Position numbers and translations under genes: made by a program | Part shown: positions 11,710 to 23,868 of the stretch, in pieces | Layout: the number at the start of each line of letters is the position of its first letter | Position numbering within the stretch: position 1 is the first letter of the stretch | NCBI GenBank assembly: GCA_964016885.1 | Contig: OZ024740.1 | Location: forward strand, 244,342,001 to 244,406,000 | Length of the DNA stretch: 64,000 nucleotides | Reading direction: 5' to 3' | Source of the DNA: Eledone cirrhosa | Lineage: Eukaryota | The notes under the pieces: generated by a model | Told to the model about the DNA's origin: nothing | What the model saw: only the letters and a program-made list of their open reading frames with translations | Databases searched by the model: none

Positions 11710-13428
11710 CTAGACCAGGTTGGGTCACGATCACTTCAAAATATTTTTTACAAATAATGTTCACTAAAAAATAATTTTTAAATAATTAAAATACACACAG
11801 ATATGTATATAATGTGAAATGAAATTGGAAGGCCCATATATATATCATCATCATCATCATCATCAACGTTTAACGTCCGTGTTCCACGCTTGCATGGGTT
11901 TGGATGGGGGTTTTCCCACTTGAGGCAAGAGTGATTGTCTTGCTCGCATAGGACTGTCTGGCGGGTTTTCTACAGCTGGATGCCCTTCCTAGCACCAACA
12001 ACATTTACAGTGTGGGGCTGGGAGGTTTTTACCGTGTTGCCTACACGGCCACATTACAGCGTGGGCTGTCTGGCAGGTTTTCTACAGCTGGATGCCCTTC
12101 CTAACACCAACCACATTTACAGTGTGGGGCTGGGAGGTTTTTACCGTGTTGCCTACACGGCCACATTACAGCGTGGACTGTGTGTTTTTTGTCGTGACAC
12201 CTACACGATCTCATTTGTTTTGGCCTGGATGTTGTGGCACCAACATAACTTTACATTGAAAGGGGCGGTGTGGATGGGGTGGGGGTGGTGGGACGGGGGT
12301 GTTTTTTGTTAGAGATGCCTACTGACTGTAGTAGGTTTTACTTTGTATTTTAGGTAAGGCGGGTCTTCTCTATTACTGAGTACCGCCAAAGGTCTCGGTC
12401 CAGTGACATTGTCTTGGAGAGGTTTAAGCGTGTGAGGTCGGAATTTATCATGTCGTCCCAGGTTTTTCTGGGTCTGCCTACTCCGTGGCTACCGTCTATC
12501 TTTATTGCCCTGCACTTTGTTATACAGCTGTCATCTTTCATGCGCATCACGTGACCATACCAACGTAGCCTTCTCTTGAGTAAACAACATCTGATCCCTC
12601 TTATTTCTAATTTTTTCCTTAGTTCGTTTATGCGTAGCCGTTCACGTATATTACTATTACACATCCAGCGGAGCATGCAAGCTTCGTTCCTCTCTAGTCT
12701 GCGTATATCCTCTGCACACAATGCCCAGGTCTCACTGCCATGCAGTATTGCTGTTCGTATGCAGGCATCATATAACCTGCCTTTCATTTTTAGGGAGAAC
12801 CCTTTAGCGGCTAATAGTGGTATAAGCTCTCTGAACTTTTTCCATCCAGTTCTGACTCTAGCTACTGTACTTTCAGAGCACCCTCCTCCACTGCTGATTT
12901 TGTCACCCAGGTAACGGAAGCTGTCCACTATTTCTATAGAACCCTCTGCACAATTGAAAGAGCTAGTATTTTATATATATATATATATATACGTGTATGT
13001 ATGTATATATATATAAATGTGTGTGTGTGTATACATATATATATATGTATGAGTGTATGTATATATATATGAGTATGTGTATATATATATATATATACGG
13101 GTGTCTATGATCTATATACACTGGTCATAGACACACAACACCATCAGCTCTTTCTCTCTCTTCCATTCTTCTCTGTCTCCTCTCCCTCTCTCTATTTCTC
13201 TCTTTCAATCTACTCTCTCACAACCACTATCTCTCTCTCTCTGTTTATGAAGGTACCCGGAAAAACCTCTCAGGAACCCGTGCTCAAATTTATGTGAAAC
13301 TTGTTTTATTCCATTTGTATTCCCTTTTCAGGGTCAACTTCCTTTCAAAGTATTTTCCCATTATGCACCCTTTTGGCTGTATTACATTACAGACAAGCAA
13401 GCAAGCAATCACAGAGTTTTAGTAGTAT
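11710..13428 (-). mobile_element. Non-autonomous Helitron-like element interrupted by an RTE LINE
   Basis: CTAG terminus at 11710; homologous to 13430-13640 on both sides of the RTE insertion; other end has agacaagcaagcaa...ttttagtagtata. Confidence 0.55.
11845..12965 (-). mobile_element. 5'-truncated RTE LINE with long 3'UTR and (GAT)n tail
   Basis: ORF 12350-12928 (FRYLG, LHGSETW, RRLRWYGHVMR, GRPRKTW); 3'UTR has a 112-bp internal duplication. Confidence 0.9.
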
Positions 13429-13429
13429 A

Positions 13430-13640
13430 CTAGACCACCCATGACCCGTTGGGTCATGTTCTCTTAAAAAATAATTTTTAAATAATTAACATATACACAG
13501 ATATGTATATAATGTAAAATGAAATTGGAAGGCCCATATATATATATGTGTGTGTGTGTATATATATGTATATGTGTGTGTGTGTGCGTGTGTATATATG
13601 TGGGTGTGTGTGACCTATATACACCGGTCACAGACAGATG

Positions 13641-13680
<40 letters not shown>
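13430..13680 (-). mobile_element. Second tandem Helitron-like copy (3' end)
   Basis: CTAG at 13430-13433 with perfect subterminal hairpin catgaccc-gtt-gggtcatg (13440-13458). Confidence 0.6.
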
Positions 13681-13684
<4 letters not shown>

Positions 13685-13699
13685 TAGAAACCCTTTCTG

Positions 13700-14160
13700 C
13701 AGGAGGTAGGTATAAAAGCCAAACTCACTATCTTCAATTCGATATTCGTTCCAAACTTTACCTATTGTCATCAATTTTGGGTGATGACTAAAAGAATACG
13801 ATTGCAAATAGAAGCAGCCGAAATGGGGTTCCTCTGAAGCATCTTTTGAGTAACATTACTTGATAGAGTACATAGTTCCAAGATTAGAGAGTCACCCCAA
13901 GTAGAGCTGCTACTTCTCCAAAATGGGAGATCACAGCTCCAATATGATGGGTATGTGGATTTTATGGGCAAAACCAACTGACAGGAGACCCAGGGGTAGT
14001 CCCTGAACAAGATGACTGAATAGCATCCATGATCTTGGCTGCTCTCAATTGGGATCCATCTGAATCAGTTGGAGACAGTTGCTTTTGACAGGACTTGCTG
14101 GAAAGAGTGTTTGAGAACTCTGCCCCCATGACCCTCTCAGGAACACGTGGGAGAAGAAGC
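13700..14160 (+). mobile_element. RTE LINE 3' fragment (family B)
   Basis: Homologous to 600-1113. Confidence 0.75.
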
Positions 14161-14360
14161 AGTGACAGTTTCAGGTATTTTAGTATCAAAATGGTTAAAG
14201 TTGGAACTGTTATTAGACATAAATATTATGGCTAATATTATCTTCAAATGATAAAATAAATTTACTACTAAGTAGTTCTACATAAACTTAAACAAGTGAA
14301 AGTTTTCTTCTCATTTCTAGTGGCTCATGAAGCCAAAGCTTATAATGGTTTCATGTGGTA

Positions 14361-14568
14361 TTAACCCTTTCATTACCAAACCACCTAAAACCAACCGTGA
14401 TTTTGTAATACAAAGCCATTCATTTCAAATGATTATATTTATCTAAAAACCTTCCAAAAACCAACTTAATGAGAAAGTTTGTTGTATCCCTCCAAATTCT
14501 TGATTATTTTCAAAACCTTTTGAAAACTATAGTGTTTTCCATGGGAAATACGGTAATGAAAGGGTTAA
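14361..14568. mobile_element. piggyBac-type MITE, 200 bp
   Basis: TTAA on both sides; 13-bp perfect TIR ccctttcattacc/ggtaatgaaaggg; related copies near 47210 and 58035. Confidence 0.75.
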
Positions 14569-14744
14569 TTGATTGAGAGCAGAATACTGGATGGAATTCT
14601 AGTCCATCATAGAGTTAACCTCAAGTTGTTGCTTGTACTCATTTTTCTCAGCTGAGTGAACTTGGATCAACACGACTAGACTACACACTTTCTCTACATA
14701 AACTTACTAGTAACAAATGGTGAAATATAAATCTACTGCTCAGA

Positions 14745-15000
14745 GAATTTGAGATTTATAATTGTAATGTCCTGGGTTTGATTCTTGAACTGGGTGGTTC
14801 TTGCATTCTTGAGCAAGGCACTTAATTTCACAGTGCTCCAATTCACTCAGCTGAAAATGCGTACCAGCAGCAGCTGGGGAACCCTGTGATGGACTGATGT
14901 ATTGTCTAGGAGAGGAGTCTTGTACTCTCAGTTGCTTAATGCCAATAAAACCAAGATAAGCACTGATATCATGAGCCACTGGGATTGAGTCAGACCTTAA
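14745..15000 (-). mobile_element. tRNA-derived SINE fragment (orientation of parts uncertain)
   Basis: Shares core cttgagcaaggcac...tgctcca.ttcactcagctg with other SINE copies. Confidence 0.5.
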
Positions 15001-15002
15001 CT

Positions 15003-15222
15003 TTAACCCTTTCAGACCTGGGTGCATGCATCTACATTTACCCTCCATCTGAGTTTCTGAGCGAAAAAATAGATAGTTGCATAAAAAGCTGCAGTTTTTT
15101 ATTTCTAGTATTTTATCTTCTTTTTTTTACATGTTTTGCTTATTACTGCTTTAACAGAAATCAAGTAGAGATTACATTTAGGCTATTACAGCTATAATGG
15201 GAACATGACATGACAGGGTTAA
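15003..15222. mobile_element. TTAA-flanked MITE-like element
   Basis: ttaaccct...agggttaa ends. Confidence 0.45.
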
Positions 15223-15659
15223 CTTAACAAAATTCTACATAAACAGACAGAATGTGAATTGGATTTGTTACCAAAGTATTTAGACACCAGTTAATTAATA
15301 GAAGAAGCCTAAATGGAAGCAATTTGATTGAAAATAAAACAACAAAACAAAAATAAAGTAAAATAAAACATCCCTCCCTTTCCATCTTCAGTTTCCTCTG
15401 CACACTTTTACAGCAGAATTCAAACCAAGCTACTGAACTGTAACAAAGTAAATGATGTAAAGAAAGTAATTTAAGTCAGCCTAACGAGGCAGATGACTGA
15501 CAAAGTTTGTGGGTTTGTTGCATTGATACAGAGATAGAGGTAGAGAAAGAGACAGAGGTAAAATTGAGATTGCAATATTTAAGGAATCAAATCAATATTG
15601 ACGATATTGTGGTGAATTAGCAGTGATAGATTAGACTAGCTGTTGCTGTTGTTGTTATT

Positions 15660-16590
15660 GTTATGTAGGTGGTGGTGGAAATGATGATAAGAGAGTGGGA
15701 GAGGAGAGAGAGAGAGAAATCAGAATAGTGGAAGAGTGGAAAAGAGGAAATAAGAATAAGCAAAGAATAATGGTAGGAGTGAAGGGATGAGGAAATGGTG
15801 GGAGAGGTGACAGGGTGATGGTGATGATGCTGGTGGTCGTGATGGTGGTGGAAGCAGTAGAGTTGAGAAGTTTCAATGAGACAATCACATTTGGAAATCT
15901 ATTAACACTATCAGAAAGGAACTGAATGTTGTTGTCTTGAAGATAATAGTGTGTGGGAGGGGGGGGGGGGGGTTTGAAGATAGAAGAGAGAGAGATATAA
16001 AAATATACACATTGAAACAGAGAGGATGCTAGAGAGAAAGGGAGACATTGGAGATAGGGGAGAGATAAATAGAGACAGGCATAGTCGATAGAGTGTAAAG
16101 AAAGGAAAAGTGGGAAAGAGATGAAAGGGTGGGAAGAAAAAAAGGAATGACTGGAGAGAGATGAGAGGAAACAAAGGAGAGAGAGAGATAGTCAGGCAGC
16201 AGATGGAGAGTGAGGGGGGAGAGATGGAATGGTGAAAGAATGGAAGAGAGATGAGAGAGAGAAGGAAGAGTGGGAGAGAGAGGAGAGATTAAGTGAAAGA
16301 AAAATGATGGGAGAGCAAGAAGGGAAACAGAGTGAAGGCAAAAGAGAAAGGGGGTTAATTAAGAGAATGAATTTATGAAAGAAGGACAAATGTAGAGAAA
16401 GAGGAAGGAAGAAATGAATGAAAGAGCAAAGGAAAGAAAGAATTAAGCGAGGAAAGAAGGAAGGGGTGAAGGATTGCAGAAAAGAAAGTATGGAGGAAGG
16501 AAGGAAGGTAACATCAAGGAAGGAATGAATGAATAAAGGAAAAGAGGAAAGGTGTAAGAGATGTGTGTGTGTGTGAGAGAGAGAGAGATA

Positions 16591-16663
<73 letters not shown>
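15660..16663 (+). repeat. ~1-kb polypurine low-complexity tract ending in (GA)n
   Basis: Almost all A/G on the + strand; pure (GA)n at ~16575-16663. Confidence 0.85.
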
Positions 16664-16666
<3 letters not shown>

Positions 16667-17247
16667 TGGAAAGGGTGGGGAAAACAGAAGAGTTTTGGAA
16701 AAGCTGCTATGTTGTCATAGAAAGATAATTTAATTTTACTTATAGATGATGATGATGATAATAGATCCCAGTGAGAAAACCTGGATGAGACATGAGTAAG
16801 TTAAAAACTAAAGCTAACATAGCTTTAGAAAGAGAGAAGAGCTACTTCTCTTTATGGCATCTTGTGAAATAATTCTACAATTGGTTCTTTCAACTACTGG
16901 TGGTAGAGCTGGTGGTGGTGGTGGTGGTGCAGGTGGTTGTAGGGGTGGGTGAGGTGATAGTTGTTTTGATAGTGTTAGTGGTAATAGTGTTAGTAGTGGT
17001 GGTGGTGGTTGGTGAGGTGGTGGTTGGTGAGGTGGTGGTTGGTGAGGTGGCGGTGATGGTGGTGGACAAAATACTTTGAAGTATTTAACTTCTGTCTACA
17101 TAGAATCAGAGTTCAAATCCTACCAGTTTCAAAATTTACCTTTCATCTTTCCCAGAGTCAATAAAATACACGTCAATTACTAGTGTCAAAGTAATACACA
17201 ATAGCCCTCCTTCAAAGTTCATGGCCATAAGGCTAAATTAGAAACCA

Positions 17248-17600
17248 CATCATCATCATCATCATCATCATTTTATTTTACATCCGCTTTTTCCCTGCTT
17301 GCAAGGGTGGGACGGGAACTGATTCTGGCTTGATTTCTACAGCTGGATGCCCTTCCTAACACCAACCTCATTTACAGTGAGTGCTGGGTGTTTTTTTGCT
17401 GTGGCACCTCCACGACCACTTTGCAATGGAATGATAGGCACCTCAGTCCCTATCATCTCATTTCTACAGCTGAGTAAACTGGAGCAATGTGAAATAAAGT
17501 GTCTTGCTCAAGGAAACAACACATCACCCGGTCTGAGAATTGAACTCACAACCTTTCGATTGCAAGACCAATACTCTAACCACTAAGCCATGTGCCTCCA
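17248..17600 (-). mobile_element. Full-length tRNA-derived SINE with RTE-derived 3' end
   Basis: Head ggaggcacatggcttagtggttag; tail cccacccttgcaagcaggga... matches the RTE 3' end at ~21340-21400; near reverse complement of 39488-39785. Confidence 0.8.
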
Positions 17601-18856
17601 TTTAAAACTGAAGAAGTTTAATATGAACCCCCTTCGAGTATCTCCTGACCAGGATTGAACCCCAGACCAGAACCTCCACCTGCTCTGGTATCTCCCACCA
17701 GACCACCATGAAGGCAATTATTATTAATTATTATTGGTGGAGTAGCACAATTGTCAGATCATCAGATAAATTGCTGTATGGCATTTATCCTTGTCTTTTA
17801 CATTCTCAGTTCAAATCCTGCAATGGTCAACTTTGCCTTTCATCCTTCTGGAGCTGATAAAATGAAATACCAGCCAAATACTGAGGTTGATATAATTGAC
17901 TTTTCTCTCCCCTAAATTGCAGGCCTTGTGCTTAGATATTAGAAATCCTTATTATTTTTTGGTCAGTAAGGCAGTGGACTAGCAATATCAGTAGAGCTTT
18001 GCGGCATATAGTTTTAACCCTTTGTGTTCTGAGTTTAAATCCCACTGAGGTTAGCTTTGCTAAAGGGTTGATAAAATAAAGTGCTAGTAATGCAATGGAG
18101 TCAATTTAATCGACTTTCCTTTTCTCTTCAAATTGCTAGTCTTGTGCTAAAAGTAGAAACAATTATTATTTGGTTGGTAGATTTTCAAAATCAGTAGAGC
18201 ATTGGACAAAATGCTTTTCAGTATTTCGTTATGATTTTCTACATTCAAATCCCGGTGACATCAACTTCGCCTTGTATCTTTCCAAGATTGATATAATCAA
18301 TTATCCCCTCCCCAATTATTATTATTACCTTCACAATTTGTGTACTGAATGGTTCATCACAGTCCAATTAGTCTGTGATATACAAAAACACAAAGCATGC
18401 ACAAATGAAATAGCAGCCAACTTTCCTTCAAACCACACCCTACTGTCTTGGGAAAGGAAAAGACAAATTAGATTAAGTAGTCTGGACAAACTATACTGGC
18501 AAAAAGACTGGATAGTCACAGCTAGGGGCTAAACTACTACTAATTAGCTAGCTATTTAGCATTCAGAGAACATAACCAACTACAAGTGTCCCAAAATATG
18601 GATAATATAACAGCATACCCCATTTAATTCCTAGGTTATTTCAACAGAACTAAGTTAATATTTATTAGCTGACTAAAATAAATATTTTCAATACTGAAGC
18701 ATAGAATATATATATCATCATCACCATCGTTTAACGTCCACTTTCTCTCTCTCTCTCTCTCTCTCTCTCCCTCTCTCTCTCTATATATATATATGGTGGA
18801 ACACTGGAAGATAATATCCATAGTGGTAGAGCACTCAGTCCATGCGACGAGTTAGG

Positions 18857-19002
18857 TAGAAGTGGTTACACAACAGTTAGTTCACCATACCGAGAACAAT
18901 TGTTTCACCTTAGCGAATCCTCAGCTCGTAATGGCTGAGGATCCGCTAAGGTGAAACAATTGTTCTTGGTATGGTGAACTAACTGTTGTGTAACCACTTC
19001 TA
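18857..19002. repeat. 69-bp-arm inverted repeat (8-nt loop) containing hammerhead motifs
   Basis: Arms 18857-18925 and 18934-19002 with 2 mismatches. Confidence 0.9.
18891..18928 (-). ncRNA. Minimal type I hammerhead ribozyme motif
   Basis: cgag-CTGAGGA-ttcgctaaggt-GAAA-c(aatt)g-TT-ctcg. Confidence 0.6.
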
Positions 19003-19957
19003 TATATATATATATATATATATATAACATCAACATTATCATCATCAGCAGCAGCAACAACAACCAGCAATATACATTGCATCAGCCATTCCTCCTCAGG
19101 CATGATATCCTCATTTTGATTTGGTGAAGGGGAGCAACAGTCCTGGGATCAAGGACACCAGATGTCTCAATAGTGACCACTATGAAATGGTCAGTGTCTA
19201 TTAATGATTGATATTTATTCATTGTGTCAAAATATTTTTAATATTAAATACTAGAGTTTCTGCTACTATGTTATCAAATCATGAGGAATATTTTCCTCAT
19301 AATTACTATTTAATCTGAAAACAACACGGCTGGCTTACACAGGCACCTAAATATATTTAAAGGTGTTTTTATATAAATATTTGTCTAAGCAATAAAAAAA
19401 ATGACATTTATTGCAATCTTATTCATTACATGAATATTCCTTATATTTGTGCAATTGGCATTCACTTTCTCTGAATTTCCCACAGGTTATGATTATGTAT
19501 TCTATCCATCTCAGTTGTGTATATGAGCTCCAGCATTTACTGTCACAAGGATGCAACACCACTAGAAGTTTTTGCTTTCATATAGTATATATATAAGGTA
19601 GATTTTGTCTTCATATGGTGTAAGGTAGTAATGCCAGAGTCATGATAAAATGCTCCAAGTGCATACTGTAAAGTAGTTGGCATTGAGAAGGACATCCAGC
19701 TATAGAAACCAAGCCCAAAATGGAACACATAAGCAAGACATGGTCACCTAACCAGCTAGCCTCAGTATGTGACACTTAGTCTAATTCATGCAATCATGGA
19801 AAATAGATGTTAAATGACGATGATGATGATAGTGGTGGTGTATATATAGAGAAGAGGCTTTTGTCTTCTTATGGTATATATATATATAATTGATTCTGTA
19901 CCTGCTACTCACAGCTGCAACTTCGGTTATACTCACTATTATTGTTACTATTATTAT

Positions 19958-21403
19958 CAGGGCATAAAACTGATGGATCAGGTTATGAAAGTGGCAGAGA
20001 GAATATTAGCGCAATTAATTAGAGAAAGGGTCAAATTTGGTTTTGTGCCTGGGAAGAGTACAACAGATGCCCTCTTCTTGGTGAGACAATTACAAGAGAG
20101 GTTCTTAGAGAAGAATAAGCCACTATACTTAGCTTTTGTTGACCTAGAGAAGGCCTTTGATAGAGTACCCCAGTCTGTCAACTGGTGGTCCCTAAGGAAA
20201 CTAGGTGTAGAGGAATGGCTTGTGAGGGCAGTGCAAATTTTGTACAGAGGTACTATCAGTAAAGTGAAAGTAAGAATGGAGTTTAGTGAGGAATTCCAGA
20301 TACAAGTAGGAGTACATCAAGGATCGGTCCTCAGCCCGCTCTTGTTCATTATAGTCCTCCAAGCCATAACAGAGGAGTTTAAGACTGGCTGTCCATGGGA
20401 ACTTCTCTATGCTGATGATCTGGTTCTTATAACAAAATCAGTAGATGAGCTAGAGAATAAATTCTGGCTATGGAAACAACAGTTGGAATCGTGAGGACTG
20501 AGAGTAAATCTAGCTAAGACTAAAGTGTTGATAAGTAGAAAAAAGGACAAAACTCTAATTCCATCAGGGAAATGGCCATGTTCGATATGTAGAAAAGGAA
20601 CTGGTATAAATTCTATAGAATGTACACAATGCAGGTCTTTGGTACACAAGAGATGTAGTGGGATAGCAGGCAAAGTAACAGGTAGGGAAAACTATGTATG
20701 CAGTAGATGTACAGGGAAAGTTGACAGTAGTAATCGCAGTGATAGACACATTTTTCAAATGTAAGTAGGTTCTATAGAAGTGGTTGATAGCTTCCGGTAC
20801 CTAGGTGATCAGATTAGCACGGGAGGGGGGTGTTCTGAGGCCATAGTATCTAGAATAAGGATGGGTTGGAAGAAGTTTAGGGAGCTGCTTCTTCTGTTGA
20901 CAAAGAAGGGTTTTGCCCTGCGTACGAAAGGCCGGTTATATGATGCCTGTGTGAGGTGCACGATGCTGCATGGTAGTGAGACATGGGCAGCAACTGCAGA
21001 TGATATGCAATGGCTGGAGAGAAATGAAGCAAGCATGCTCCGTTGGATGTGCAATGTCATGTCAATGTGCGTGAACGACCAAGCATAGATGAGTTGAGAA
21101 AGAAACTGTGTATAAGAGGGATAAATTGCCGTGTGCGGGAGAGAAGAGTCAGATGGTATGGACATGTGATGCACATGGAGGATGACCACCAAGAAATCCC
21201 AGTAGAAGGAAGATGCAGTAGAGGAAGACCACGAAAAACATGGACAGAGGTGGTGAGAGCAGACCTCAGGTCGCTGAAGCTCACAGAGGAGATGACGAAG
21301 GACCGTGACAAGTAGAGAGATGCTGTGCTGAATAGGACCCATCCCACCCTTGCAAGCAGGGAAAAGTGGACATAAAATGATGATGATGATGATGATGATG
21401 ATG
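19958..21403 (+). mobile_element. RTE LINE (family A), RT to 3' end, 5'-truncated and decayed
   Basis: FGFVPGKSTTDA, FVDLEKAFDRVP, GVHQGSVLSPLLF, YADDL, Cys-rich insert, FRYLG, (GAT)n tail. Confidence 0.92.
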
Positions 21404-21589
21404 ATATATATATATATAAGGTTGATTGCGGAAAATTGGTTTGACAAAATATGGTGCAAAATTTAGTTGTATAGCTTTATATTCTTGGTTTAATTGAAGT
21501 CAACCTTACCATTTTCCTTCTGGGATAAATAAAAATAAGTACTAGTTAAATACTAACTTACCGAAACATGAATCTATCTGATTTTATCT

Positions 21590-22250
21590 TTTGTGTCTAT
21601 ATGATCTCAAATCTGGTGGCTGTATGATCTCAAATTATGTCTTCATATGATGTCAAGTCTCATGTCAATATGGTGCCACTGCAGAGATATGTTGTGCCTG
21701 ATGTATGTATATGATACCATAGATAGTTACTATATGATGTCACAGTTGTGTCTATATCATGTTATAGCTAACAGAAATATGATATTGTTTCCGATGTCTA
21801 TACAATATTGTATCTGGGATCTACATGATCTCATATTGTGTCCACATGATGTTGGATCTAGTGTTAATATCGGTCAGATCTCGTTACCATGTTGTGTAAT
21901 GGCTGGTATCTGTAATTCAAATGATGAGCCTTGTCACATATTTTGACAGTGTATAGGACAAGACTGAAGTTTACCTTAACTCTTGACATCTTGTACTGCA
22001 GGAAACCACATGAGCAAGACATTCTTGAAAAGTACAAAACAGCACTATGACCAATAATGATGTGACATCATATCAACAGCAGCTGTAACATCATATAAGC
22101 AGCAGCTGTGACATCATATAAGTAGCAGCTGCAACATCATATAGATACCAGCTGTGGCACAATGTAGTCATGAGATCATACAGACACAAGCAGCATCATA
22201 TACATCCTGTGTAAGATATATAGACATCGGAAATGACATCATATTCATGT
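21590..22250. repeat. Foldback-like region with inverted arms built of ~21-22-bp subrepeats
   Basis: Left tatatgatgtcacag-type units versus right gtgacatcatataag units; 21776-21802 is a near reverse complement of 22219-22245. Confidence 0.55.
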
Positions 22251-23632
22251 CAGACATGCACACAGACAGACATACACAGTGAAATCAGTATGTATGGTCA
22301 TGTAACTCCCAAGGGAGTCATTGGGGCACTGCATCGACATAAGGAGTTTCTAGGACATTTTAAAACCCGACAGAGCCCATCTCCTCTCCAGGTCTGAGTA
22401 CAGCAGATTTTCTCCAGAGAAGGATAGAGAGGGAGAGAATGGAAGGAAATCAGTATAGTTTTCTCAAAAGACAATTTAAAAGGTAAAAGAATATGTTGAT
22501 TTGTAGAAAGCAGTAACACTGTTGAAAATTAACCAATATATTTAGAAGAAAAAGCACACTGCACTGACTAAAAACACTAAGCTACAAAATAAACTACCTC
22601 AAAATGTGACTTGTGTCCAGGGAAGTTATAATAGAGATGCACAAGAGTGGTCAATAGGAATAGGCAGGGGAATGGTTTACTGTTTCCTGGATAACATTTG
22701 AGAGGAAGATACAGTTAAGAAGAAATCTTTGAAATAAAACAGTAGTATATGAAAAATCAAAAATATTCTTGTGTCAGTACATTAAACTTGAAGAAAAGTC
22801 CATAAATATTTCAGCTAAAAGGGTCTAAGATGATAATATATTGTGAATAAAAAAAAAAAACTATGGAGAAAAAAAAACATATACATGTTCAGGGCCATTT
22901 ACATGGTTTTCATTGATCTTTTCATCGCCAGAATAGAATGACTAGAGATGCATATTTTGTTGAATTGACAGAATGGAAAGAAAAAAAAAAGGAAAAAAAA
23001 TATATATATATATTATCACTAGAGGCACAATATCTTGTAGATGCCGTTGCTGTCATGCTGACATAAACTGCAGAGGCTGGTTTAACAGTTTATTTTTGCT
23101 TTCTTCCATCTCTGCTTAGTTTCCAAGTCAAGTCATCATTTCTTGACATTAATATCATTATGGCATCAATCTTAGTCACTTTGCAGAAGTAAATTTTACA
23201 TCATTTCTCATATATCAACACTGATTTCAATACTCAGTATAAAATACAACTACTGTTTATATATATAGTATGTACATTTCAGAACAATACTATGAGAAAA
23301 TGGGTATATATATATGGTTGTTTGGATGATATACACACCAGCTGATGCGGGTTCAATCAGATCCGAAAATTGATTAAAGGTAATTATCATTTTTTCAATT
23401 TACAGGGAAATTCGTATTTTCTGGCATGCTAACATGCCTACATATTAGATATGTGTAAATATTAAACATGGTGCAGTCTCGATTACACACTCTGTATTTA
23501 TACAGATATAACTTTATCATATATGGAATAGAATGAAACAAAATTTCATTTCTCACTCTTAGTACGGCACTTACTTAAATGCAAGTATGTATGTATACGT
23601 ACATACATATATGTATACAGACGTACAGTAGC

Positions 23633-23675
<43 letters not shown>

Positions 23676-23825
23676 CAGGCACACATATATATATATGCAC
23701 GTATCAGTTTACGGAACATTTATTATAATGTTCGCTTGTTCGTTTGTAAACAAACGAACAGCCTGATTTACGCCGTACAGTGTTTAGGCAACCACGTCAC
23801 CTTTTTGTTCAACACTGACACAGGA

Positions 23826-23868
23826 ACGATGTACTAGTTTCAAGCTTGTTAGCTATCGTCAGCACCGT
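23826..23868 (-). ncRNA. Minimal type I hammerhead ribozyme
   Basis: acggtg-CTGACGA-t-agct(aaca)agct-t-GAAA-c(ta)g-TA-catcgt; 6-bp stem I; palindromic stem III actagt. Confidence 0.75.

Noticed and set aside
15661-16389. Hydrophobic Leu/Ser/Phe-rich minus-strand ORFs
   Set aside because: Artefact of the polypyrimidine strand
22060-22145. Regularly spaced ~21-bp repeats resembling a CRISPR array
   Set aside because: No unique spacers, eukaryotic context, no cas genes; it is a minisatellite
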